From contig NW_014577076.1 of assembly GCF_000485595.1 (NCBI RefSeq), positions 625,192 to 689,191 of the forward strand: DNA of 64,000 bases, given 5' to 3'. Numbering within the stretch: position 1 is the first letter of the stretch; every line of letters starts with the position of its first letter. Under the pieces are notes generated by a model, which was not told where the DNA came from, ran no database searches, and saw only the letters and a program-made list of their open reading frames with translations. The DNA comes from Priapulus caudatus (Eukaryota). Shown piece by piece: positions 1 through 11,615 of the stretch. The position numbers and the translations under genes are program-made.

Positions 1-429
1 CGATGCGGCGCGCGGGGCCCGCCGCCGAGGCCCAGCCTACCACAGTGACTGAACCCGTGCTGGGGCAGCCCCGGGGGGGCCGGCCGGACCGACGGGGGCG
101 GCGTCAGCTACCAACAGTGACCCATACCTGGCTGGCACCAGCAGGTACACAGTGAGCTTACTGGCTGGCACAGCAGTTACACAGTGATCGCATCAATGGA
201 TACACAGCTACACGGTGTCTATTGATAATAGGTGTTGTAACACATTAGAGGGGTGGCCACTAGCAGGCAGGCGGAATTAACAGGCCTATCTACACGATGC
301 GCTCCTAGAAGTAGCGTCCGGACTTATCAGATTTGCAAGTACGTCTAGATCGCAAACGGTGAATCTGTTTAGCATCGGTAAGTTTTGGACGTACTGTCCA
401 GGACTGGAGAAGCAATATTATACTCGCGC

Positions 430-810
430 ACTACACCACATACACACAAACACCACACACCGCGGGGCGCGCGCGCCGCGTGCCACGACATGGGACAAGA
501 CACACTACCACACACACACACACACGGCAGAACACACACACGCACCACACAAGCACACGCAACACACACACCGCACGGCACACAACGCGCGCACGAAGCA
601 CACACGCACGCAACACACGCACACACGACGCGCGCGCACTACATCACAACACACGACGCGCGCGCACACAGACCACCACAGTGTCAGACACACACACACC
701 GCGACGCACGACACAACACACACACATCACACAACACAGGCACACACACACACGCCCCAACACCGCGACACCCACACGCGCAAGGCACACACACATGCAC
801 ACACAGGCAC
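430..810. repeat. Degenerate (CA)n/(CACG)n microsatellite
   Basis: Directly visible; it explains the His/Thr-rich and Cys/Val-rich ORFs here. Confidence 0.9.
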
Positions 811-1050
811 ACCTACTTTTATGGTAGTTGTGGACATCCCATAGTGATGATTCATTCTCGCTATCAACGTGTTCATCCGTGAAAAAACGTGACCCAACGC
901 TCGGTGATCCCAAAGCACGTAACCCAATCTCGCCCACCCTGATTGTCGGTCTTGCGTCCTGGTTACGATGTCGGATGAACTTATAGAACAATGCGTCCGT
1001 GGTGTCATCCGATATGCAACGGTCATAAAATTGTGTGCTACGCGGCATAG

Positions 1051-1120
1051 TTTTTTTTTTTTTTTTTTTTTTTATTTTTTTTTTTTTTTTTTTAAGATAA
1101 CATTTTTTTTTTAACCATAA

Positions 1121-1175
<55 letters not shown>

Positions 1176-1314
1176 GTTTATTTTTTTTTTTTTTTTTAAG
1201 TTAGTTTTTTTTTTTTTTACTTTTTTTTTTTTTTTTTTTTTTTACAATTTTTTTTTTTTTTTTTTTTATTTTTTTTTTTTTTTTTTTTTTTTTTATTTTT
1301 TTTTTTTTTTATTT
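1051..1314. repeat. Interrupted poly-T tract (probably low-quality sequence)
   Basis: About 260 nt of almost pure T with scattered interruptions. Confidence 0.9.
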
Positions 1315-2744
1315 AACACGGTGACGTTTTGGACGTATTGGTCTGAAGCCGTAACGTCTAGGACGTACGTCCAAAACGCCATCGTGTAATATGCTTAAGC
1401 ATTCAACAGAGATTATTTAAATACTCAAAGGAGTATCGTCGCGTAACCGACGAAATGAACATTTTATTCACGGCTAAATAATCGACAAAGCATGCAAAGT
1501 CCAACTCCGCTCGAAACTTGCCAGCTAAATTATCGCATTTCGCAGGCAACTAGTCGGATCCTGTTACAGGACACAACGGCGCCGCGGGGCAGGCGCAGAC
1601 GACGAATACGGAGCGGAGAGCGTCGACCCGATGCTGACGCCCATGACACGAATAGCCACAAGTATACACAAACAAACAGCAACGTCCACTTGGCGTGCTT
1701 TCATAGACGCACGATAGGGTGCATATACACATCGCGTGCGGTAATGCAACTGTTACTGGCAATCTAGGTGAGCAGCAGGCACTTGAGCCGCTTTCAATAA
1801 AATAATATTGCTAAATAAATAGCGGAATCTATTTACGTAACCAAAGTCTTAAAGGAATAATGAGGCTCATTGATTATGCCAGAATGTTGACAGAATGCTA
1901 GAAGTAACGCGGCACCTTGGGTAGTTAATCAAGTGAGAAAAGAAAAAGAAGGCAAGAACGAGCAGAAAAAGAAGAAAAAAACACAGAAGAGAAAAAAGCC
2001 ATTCGCCGGCGGTTGAGCAGAGACAAATCCGCAGTATTACTTGACCGCAAGTATCAACCTCGCTAGTCTGAGAGGACAGAAACGCGAACAAGCCGACTGT
2101 GAAATCGGTTTGTTTGATATTAATCAACGTTATCATTTACGCTGCTCGTAAATGTCATCCAGAGTCCAAGCGATGACGTAAACATTGTGTGCGGACCCGT
2201 ATAATTTATCAGTATGTTCTTCTGGACGCCAGATGAAACGGAAGTGTCAGCGGGTGTAAACCAGGCCACCGGACTCAACATGAAATAGAGTAAACACACG
2301 GTAGAATACGGACGCCCGCGGACAGTCCTGACGAAAAAGTTCCTTATCGACCGAGCGTCCATGTTTACGAATCACTGATGATAGCATTGCATACGCCGTA
2401 GGATGGGTGCCGAAATGTCGCGGTGCACTATAAATGTATCACACCCGCTTCGGCCGGCAGCGGTTTGAAACTGTAACTGATTTTTGGAACCTGCGATTCA
2501 AATAAACAATTTCTTAGTATACAGCAGTGATATTGACAAACTATACGCTTTGTGTATAAAGTAATGTACTTGATTAACTACACAAGGTGCCAGTTACTCT
2601 AGCATTCGTCAACATTGCATTATCAATGGACCTATTATTCCTCTACTCTCTTTAATTTCCTGTAAATGCCGTGCAAATGCTCTGCAACACACATGTACAC
2701 CGCACGCTCGCTGCAGCACACTGACACATAAATATATATATATT

Positions 2745-2780
<36 letters not shown>

Positions 2781-4912
2781 CATATAATTTATGCTACACA
2801 GTGTATATAACTGGCCCCTGCATTTAGTGTACAGTGGCTATTCTTACTCACAGCCGCCCACTATAACTGTCGACACCATAGGCGACGTCGCACGACTAAT
2901 GCGTAAACTTCATACGATCTGTTGGATGAACATTAGACTGACGCTAAAAGTCCCCGTGGCTGCGTCGAAAAGACGATGCCAACAACGACGTTTATGGCAG
3001 TAAAAAGCTGACGGCGTCAGTCTATGATGTTCGGGGATTAAAGCTGATGGCTGCAACCCGCAAGCATATCGGCAGATGTATAAAGTTTAATCTATTCCAT
3101 CGGATCCGCGACGTAATTATTTCCGTGTGTTTCCTCGCCCGAAATCCTGAAGCGCATGCGGCTTAGCATGCGAAGCCCGCTAAACTACCGCCGCATGACG
3201 TGCCGGCCTGCATGTTCACAGCCGACCGCCACCAGTCTGTTCGCCTATAGTGAATCTGGAAAACCTGACGCAGCGTGACGAGATAATTTAGAGTCTGCCA
3301 AATCTTCGTTCGTTTTACCGCATAGAACATCGGGCCGCTGCCGCGCGCATGCGCAGTCTTCACGTCGCTGTGGTCAGTGCTGTGTGGGGGTGGCGGTCCG
3401 GACCGTGGCGGACTGCGTGCATGCATGCGCATCACATAATTACCAACCGCGTTTTCCGAAGCAGGGAAAGTATACATAACGGCGGCTAGCGTGCTGAGTG
3501 CTTTCTCGTCGGAACTATACGTTGTGTTGTTGTCTATTCGCGATTCGTTGCTATGTGTTAAATTAATGGCGACCAGACGCTGAGAGCTTCCCGTCACGCG
3601 GACTGTCCGCACCGCACCGCACCGGACTGCGCGTGGGAGTAGTGTATTGAAAGATGATTCCCGTGGGTAACGCAGGCGCATCGCGAGAGCTCTAAAGCAG
3701 AATGCATTACATGATCACGCTAGCTTACATGCCGTAGGGGCCTTAGTAGAGGTTGCTACCCTTGAGTACTGTATATAGTTACGTCACGCTGACGCACTGT
3801 GCTAGTGTTATCGCCGGCGCGTGTGCTCATTAGGGAAATACTATAGGTGGTGAACAACAGTAGAGGGCGTCCATAGGCGGCAGGCCTGAATAAGCATCGA
3901 ACAGAAATTAATTAATAATACTCACACTGTTACTGCGCTTACACAACATACACTATATTCATGTTAAATAACTACAGATTCATGCTCTATGCTCCGCTCG
4001 AAACTTGCCAGCTCTATTATGCGAATTTCTGCAAAGTTGTCTGAACACATTTCAAACACAAAAATGACCAACCGGTCGCTGTGGCTACGCCACCTGACGG
4101 AATGTCACGAATACACAACAGGACCAATTTTCCTTATAATGCTTTCTAGACGTCCACGAGGCATCTAACTTGCGTGTATAATGCAAGTTATTGCACTCTA
4201 GTGCCGAATTTCGGCGAAAAAAAACGCCAAAAAAGGTCTTTTCTAGAGACGAAATAGTGCAACTGTGAACAATTTGCGGAGGCTTACTGTTGTAATTTGT
4301 ATGCCTCCTATAATGTTGCACTCACTGAGTTTTTCCGACAGGTGATCAGCCTCAAATGCAAATGCAAAGGTGATCATCGAAAATGTCTGCTATGTATGAT
4401 ATTGGACACCGGAACACGAATTGGCTGCCTTGTATCACATTGTAAAGATTGTAAATACATTTATGCACAGCCTTATGTAATAATTTACAAGCTGGTACGC
4501 ATTACGTAGGCAGAAAAGTACCGAATGTTTACTGTTCCGAAATTACTGTGGGAAATTGTACACCGAAATGTGTGCGTGCTGCCCTGTAGTGGGTTACATG
4601 TTATAGGCAATGTGGAGCCCCTATAACAACATGTTATAGACGTACCGTACACATTTGCATATTCTGTATCATATGTATGAGTTAGTTCGTAATACGCAGG
4701 TATAAGACAGTGCGAATGCTTTCTACGTGAATAGCGTAGGCCTATTAAACGCCGACACAGATAGCTACATGATAAATCACGAATAAACTAAACGGATTCA
4801 CAGAGAGGCGGTAAATTGTAGATGACGGATCTGGTGAACGTCATTGGCAGGGTAGTCCGTCCCCGCGATGCATAATTATTACATACTACAAGTACAAGTG
4901 TATATATAATAT

Positions 4913-5619
4913 CAAGAGCGTATAAAGAAGGAGTGCATACAACGGTGAAATGCTGAAACCATGTTGCAGTATTAGTCGATTTAATGCATTTTCCCCGTTT
5001 TATTTTTTGCAGTATTGATCAGCTGGCCTACCTTGTTAATATAAAACAAACCGCATGTTCCTACGATGCCCATACGCTGAGATAATGAGCGGTGAAAATC
5101 TTGTATTTTCGCCGAAAACCGACTCGAGATCAGTGTTTACTGCGACTGTCTCTCGCTTTGAGATAACTTCGGGAGACCTCGCGTATTTCCGTCAATGATT
5201 GACAAATGGAATGAATGACGTCTGTTATTGATTGCCATAGTGATGACCCCCACCTGTGCCCACCTCACGCTGGATGTGTAGTAATCTCTGTAGTACTGAC
5301 GTGAGTCAGCGCTACCATGGCGCTTCACAGCGGCGACCGGAAACAATACACTGGCCACAAAGCGAGAGAGAGTCGCAGTAAACACTGATCTCGAGTCGGT
5401 TTTTGGCGAAAATACCAGATTTTTACCGCTCATTATCTCAGCGTAGGAGCATCGTATAGGGACAAGCGGTTTGTTTTATATTAACAAGGTAGGACAGCTG
5501 ATCAATAATACCGCAAAGAATCATCAAAATAAAACGGGCAATGTTTCTTAATTCGACTAATACTGCAACATGGTTTCACCATTTCACCGTTGTACGCTCT
5601 CCTTCTTTATACGCTCTTG
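4913..5619. mobile_element. Long-TIR MITE, P-element-like (CA...TG ends, 7-bp TSD)
   Basis: About 250-bp inverted arms (4913-5160 and about 5358-5619) start CAAGAGCGTATAAAGAAGGAG and end CTCCTTCTTTATACGCTCTTG. Flanks are ATAATAT (4906-4912) and ATAATGT (5620-5626), 6/7 identical. Confidence 0.8.
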
Positions 5620-6739
5620 ATAATGTGTATATATATATATCTGTTGCATGCTTCTGTCTGCACGCTATAGTGCTATAACGCCTGTGCCAACTGTAATATG
5701 TGTTTCCTGTTTTAGGGGTTCCTATTGATAGTTGTAGTAGATGGGAGCTTATAACGTATGGGTGGTAAAGTTTCGTCGTGCTGTCGAATTCTATTTTTCT
5801 GCCTGGCGCGAGCAGCGACTGTATATTTTTAATTGCGCGCGTTGGCATATTTCTGTTTGGTTATTGTGTGGAGTTAATGATTGCTTTACCTGCATGGTTG
5901 TTTAGGAATGTAATCATCGCGGCTGTTCGAACCACGGCGTAGCGGTCACGCTGTTGTCTAGACGACCGAATGCGTCGCCCGAGCGTGGGTGCTCTGCGAG
6001 TCATATGTGTAGGAGAAATTACCTGCGAGAAATTACCTTAGTATGTGACCGATTATCGAGACGCCATACAGAATTAATGTGCTGTTGCCGCAATGATTAC
6101 TCGCTAGTGATCTCATTACGAACGTTATAAAATGCGCTTGTAAATGATTAATGTGTTCGATGCATAGACGGGGGTGACGCGTCGTCGTCGTACCGAAAAA
6201 GTAATGGTAATGGCGAGCCGGGGCCGACGTGCGGGACAGTCTACGTGATGTCATGAAACAGCTACATGCTATGGTGGGAGACTGTTCTCTCGCCTGCTTT
6301 CTCGCATCAGTCTTACGCGTGCGAACCAATGGACGCAGTAGACACAATTGCATAATATATATATATATCTATATCTATCTATCTATCTATATATATATAT
6401 CTATATACATATAAATATATATTATATATATATATATACATGTTACTACTGTATGTATGGATGTGCATTAGAGGTAATTGTCATGCTTTGGCAGGGCTTC
6501 TATTACAACTTAAACAAACCGTTAGTGGCATACTTACCAACATGTGGGCTAACCAGTATTGCAAACATCAGGCGGGTAACTTGTTTGAACGGTAAGCGTG
6601 AATGGCTGCAGGTTTCTCACAGATTCTGATCGTTAGTTTGCAGTTGCAAATTTTCGCGGCTGTGAAACTGCGGTGTTTCGAGTGTTAGTTACACAGTTGG
6701 CGTATCGCAGTCTGCATTGTGCCGACATGACAGCGCGGC

Positions 6740-8250
6740 CTCGCAGCTTTGGAGCTGGTTTCTCGGCGGCAGACAAATGACTGCAGGCTCTTCCTCAGCG
6801 CGCGTGATCGCGTGTCCGCCCTCGCAGACACAGGCACGGGAGTGGGTTGGCGGGCATCTGCGCATGGAATGTTACCCAATATGTCGTTTGTACATCGATG
6901 TCAACTTAATTTCTCGACGCGAATAAGATCAGGCTGACATAAAGCGCTTCACCTCCCTCGTCTGGCGCGGCGCTTTGAGCAGATAAGTGGCTCGGTGGCA
7001 GTCCGTGAAGGAGCCCTCAGATTACCTTTGTTTCTGGCCTGCGGGTACGGCTCTTTGTAGCGAGGCAGTGAAGGGAATGCACCAATACGTTGGCGGGCCT
7101 CAGAGGAGCGTACGTAATCACATGTTATTCAGCTTCCACACGCATGGACTGCTGATTATCGTTGGGCGACGTTATAACTTCACGTCGGTATGAGATTATT
7201 TTTATATTATTTAAAAGATTAAATGCACCCGCTGGCTTCCATACTCAAAATTCTATAACTTTTTAATGAAAATTGAATTTTTAGCGAATCCGAATCCGGT
7301 ACCGCGTTAGAAATAATTAGTTACCAGTGGGTTTACAACATTTGTTCTTGCCGTTGTTGTAAGTTATATCTTAAATGTGTATCATAGCTCATCTGCTCTC
7401 CCTCATAGGTGGCATATGGCTTGTGATATGCTGAAAAGGATTTAAAGTGGTTAGGAAAAATGTTACGTTTAATTTTAAAATGTTAACATTATTAATGTTT
7501 TTATTTTTTGTAAAAAAGACCTGCACGCTATAGTAACGCATTAGCAATGATGAACTTTGATGGCGCCCAGCGAATTAGTGTGGCTATAGAAATTATTAGT
7601 TTTTGGGATAAAAAATTGGAGGTAGGTAGTTATAGGCAGGCAGGCGGGGATAGGCGAGAGGCCGGGTAGGACACAGGGAGGCTGGGAGAGATTTAAAAAA
7701 GATTTAGCGTGCACTGTATCAATGTTTAATCTAGATTATTAGTATATGGTACATCTAGAACCCTATTATAGATTGTCATTAGCGTTAAAGTAAATTTTAT
7801 TTCCGATATGATATACTCGGATCTAAAAGATAAATATGAGCCGAAGATGGCCAGTAATGAGCAGTCAGTCTTGAGTGCTTTGCATACTAATCTAGAATTT
7901 ACTGCTTCGCTGCAAAAATTTGCGAGGAAGTTGGGGGACCAGCGTAAGATTCTCGTGTGGTTATATATTTCCTAGATTGTACTCGTTATATTATACTGAA
8001 CAATCCAGAAGCTGGTAAAATAATTATCGTGTCATTGTTAAATAGTTTTCATTTATACTTTCTATATCTTTTAAGCAACTATAGATAGTAGTCAGTTTGA
8101 TAGTATTTACCTACCTAACAACATTTAGATTGTTGTTATTGTGTATATAATGAATGTCTGTCATGCGTTTCATATGTGTCATTATTCACTGCGTGTTCTA
8201 AATATCTATAAACTGTAATGTCTCATGTTGAGAGTAAATAAAAGATTTAA
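6740..8250 (+). pseudogene. Highly degenerate non-LTR retrotransposon (LINE) remnant
   Basis: Scattered motif remnants lie in the expected order: ORF1-like LFLSAR...DYLCFWPAG (about 6790-7050), endonuclease-start-like SFHTHGL (about 7130), 3'-like ASLQKFARKL (about 7905-7935) and AATAAA near 8237. There is no continuous frame, so the call is weak. Confidence 0.35.
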
Positions 8251-10001
8251 ACTTACTACACATTATTATACCAATATAATTAATATAATTATATAATTAA
8301 TTTATATTATATTAATATTAGTGCGGAAGTAATTCCGAGAAAATTTGCTGCCGTGTGATTGCAACGTGGTGGCATACTATATAAATAAAATAATTTCACA
8401 CACGTTTCGCCGTTAACAGCCATGGCCACCCAACGATTTAAATGTGTAATCAAACATGTCGTTGCACAACTGCGCGTCACCAACCTTAACATGATGTTTG
8501 CTGCAGCGCGAGGGGCGAAATGTAGAGCTGCGTGGGGAAATATCGCGTATAGACAGGTTTTTGTCGCGTCAGGTCCAAGCCAATCATGCGGCCATTATGC
8601 CGCTGTTCTATCGTTAGAACTCAGTTAGCGTTATCGTTTTTTTTATACACTTCGGATTTCGGGAGTTTCGTATATTGTTGAACGCATTCTTCTGATGATT
8701 TATGTTGCGGTGATTGATCAATAATACAGTAAAGACACATGGCAAATCCCTTGCGGGGCCGTCTTCGCATCGTGCAGCATGCGCGAATAGACGCTGTTGG
8801 TAAGACACCGACTTGTGCCTGCATGTCTAAGGACGTGCTGTCTACGTGTCAGACATGAATGATGAAAACGCGTGGAAGGAGACGGGTCCATGATGGGAAA
8901 TAGGCAGAGAAAGCTGCAGGGGTGGGAAAGCTGGGGGGAGAATCAGTCATACATACGGACAGACATAAGGGCGTTTGGCGAAAGAGAATGGGGTGACACA
9001 CAACCAGGCACAAACGCACACAAGCACTTACACTCACGCACGAGGAAGAGAAAGAAAGTCGAAGGGAACAGTATAGGGATTGGCATGGGAGAAAGAGGAG
9101 AGATACACGCACGCGCACGCTGCATACACGCACGCATCTAGATAGAGAGACAGGGGGAGAGCAAGGGCCGCAAGCTAGACGGGGGAGTGCGAGAGGGGGT
9201 GGGGAGTGATTGAGCCGGATGGGCGAGGGAAATAGTCAGAGGGATAACGAGCGCACTGATTTCTAAGGGAAGGGGATCTAGAGCCGGTGAGATAGTGAGT
9301 GTTGCTTTCACTATGCACATCTCTGGTACTTGCTAGACGTTGATTAGGTTTCCCAAGTACCTCTTACATCAATAGGGTTTCCAACTAAACGCGGCGAACT
9401 TTGCCAATCCACGTGATTATATTTGCCTAGAATAGATCGGGAATGAGTTGAGAAGGCAATAGCTGATGTTGACAAGGTAGAATGAACACTAGCAAAAGTA
9501 AAGGTGTGTCGTTAGCAAATAATTTCAATTCGAGTAAAAATGTAGTGTTACATATAGAGAACGTGAAAGGAAGGCAGGGAGGGCGTAGTGTGACATAGCG
9601 AGAGGGAGAGAGAGAGAGAGAGGGGGGGGGAAGAAGGAGAGACCTCTCTCTCAGATAGCTATATGTATATATATATATATATTATAAATTATATATATAT
9701 CATATTAATATGCGTCATTGCATCATTATATTTGCGCGCTTTGAAAAAAAGAAGGAAAAATTATTCAAATGCACCATTTTCTATACAAACTAATTGATTC
9801 TCTATTTAATTTTTTTTTGCCTTTGGGAGACATGAATATTTAATATAGTGACCCTCTTTCAGGACTCCATTATAGCATTATAGCGGGCAGAGAGGGAAGA
9901 TCTGACATCTGCTGCTATGTGAGAGCGAATCTTTTTGAAGCGTCAAAATACGATTAACTTTGTGTAAAGAACGCATAGATAGAGTAATTAGATTGAGTAA
10001 T

Positions 10002-11615
10002 TGTATCCCCCGCGACGAAGTTGGCGGGGATACTATGGTTTCATGTCTCCCCAGCCGCCGCCGCCGCTGCTGCCGCAGACACTTTACCTTCCGCTCTATA
10101 ACTCGACCCCTAATTGACCTAACGCTACCAAACTTGGTATACTTACACATCTTGGGGAGAAGGTGCGCAGCGTACCAAAACCAGGTCACTGCGACCTTTG
10201 TTTGACCTTTACCTTGACCTTGATCATATTTCCCTTCCTCTCTCTAACTCGGCCCCTAATTGACCTAGCGCTACCAAACTTGGTATACTTACACATCTTG
10301 GGGAGAAGGTGAGCAGCGTACCAAAACCAGCTCACTGCGACCTTTATTTGACTTTTACCTTGACCTTGATCATATTTTTCTTCCGCTCTCTAACTCGGCC
10401 CCTAATTGACCTATCGCTACCAAACTTGGTATACTTACACATCTTGGGGAGAAGGTGAGCAGCGTATCAAAACCAGCTCACTGCGACCTTTATTTGACCT
10501 TTACCTTGACCTTGATCATATTTCCCTTCCGCTCTCTAACTCGGCCCCTAATTGACCTAGCGCTACCAAACTTGGTATACTTACACATCTTGGGGAGAAG
10601 GTGCGCAGCATACCAAACCCAGGTCACTGCGACCTTTACCTTGACCTTGATCATATTTCCCTTCTGCTCTCTACCTCAGCCCCTAATTGACCTAGCGCTA
10701 CCAAACTTGGTATACTTACACATCTTGGGGAGAAGGTGCGCAGCGTACCAAAACCAGGTCACTGCGACCTTTATTTGACCTTTACCTTGATCATATTTCC
10801 CTTCTGCTCTTTAACTTGGCCCCTAATTGACCTATCGCTACCAAACTTGGTACACTTACACATCTTGGGGAGAAGGTGAGCAGCGTACCAAAACCAGGTC
10901 ACTACGACCTTTATTTGACCTTTACATTGACCTTGCTCATATTTCCCTTCTACTCTATAACTCGGCCCCTAATTGACCTAGCGCTACTAAACTTGGTATA
11001 CTTACACATCTTGGGGAAAAGGTGCGCAGCGTACCAAAACCAGGTCACTACAACCTTTATTTGACCTTTACCTAGACTTGGTATACTTACACATCTTGGG
11101 GAGAAGGTGCGCAGCATACCAAAACCAGGTCACTAAGACCTTTATTTGACCTTTACCTTGACCTTGATTATTTTTCCCTTCCGCTCTATAACTCAGCCCC
11201 TAATTGACCTATCGCTACCAAACTTGGTATACTTACACATCTTGGGGAGAAGGTGCGCAGCGTACCAAAACCAGGTCACTACGACCTTTATTTGATCTTT
11301 ACCTTGACATTGACCATCATCATATTTCCCTTCTGCTTTATAACTCGGCCCCTAATTGACCTAAATAAGCTACCAAACTTGGTATACTTACACATCTTGG
11401 GGAGAAATTGTGTTGCGTACCAAAACCCCTAAGGCAACCAATTTTAACATACTTGCACATCTCAGGCAGATGAGTTGTGTAACAAACCTTTGTCTTTGTG
11501 ACTTATTTAACTTTACCTACCTTTTACGTTCTTTGGTTCTTACAGAGATATTTCATTCCTACTTAACTAGATCACGGGGGATACATGTAGTTGGCGACAA
11601 CTGCCCTTTCCAGTT
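10002..11615 (+). mobile_element. Helentron-associated interspersed element (HINE; DINE-1/Tsp/pearl-like) with a central tandem array
   Basis: Perfect 11-bp subterminal inverted repeats TGTATCCCCCG (10002-10012) and CGGGGGATACA (11575-11585). A partial inverted copy GCGGGGATAC lies at 10024-10033, a (CCG)n microsatellite at about 10054-10075, and a 3' hairpin AGTTG-GCGA-CAACT at 11589-11602. Both ends have TT. Confidence 0.85.
10089..11427 (+). repeat. Tandem array of about 10 monomers of 146 bp (one truncated, a few with indels)
   Basis: TAATTGACCT recurs at 10111, 10257, 10403, 10549, 10684, 10824, 10970, 11201 and 11353. The CTTGGTA(T/C)ACTTACACATCTTGGGG core occurs 10 times. Confidence 0.97.

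Larger units (their letters stand above)
293..1386. mobile_element. Possible non-autonomous TIR element (CACGATGG ends) filled with CA-rich and poly-T sequence
   Basis: TA-CACGATGCG at 291-301 is inverted to CGCCATCGTG-TA at 1377-1388. TTTTGGACGTA recurs at about 383, 1327 and (inverted) 1366. An internal hairpin spans about 1316-1387. The sequence here is noisy. Confidence 0.35.

Noticed and set aside
359..1048. His/Thr-rich and Cys/Val-rich ORFs (also at about 32.4, 49.1 and 57.3 kb)
   Set aside because: They are translations of (CA)n/(GCGT)n repeats that are open in several frames on both strands.
1867..2362. Minus-strand ORFs suggesting a membrane protein (AAACATGG start, a GLW motif, hydrophobic stretch)
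   Set aside because: It needs a frameshift, lacks the cysteines expected after a claudin-type GLW, and the hydrophobic run comes from an A/G-rich low-complexity tract. A profile search would settle it.
10089..11427. CRISPR-like array
   Set aside because: Whole 146-bp units repeat with no unique spacers, there are no cas genes, the context is eukaryotic and HINE ends enclose the array.
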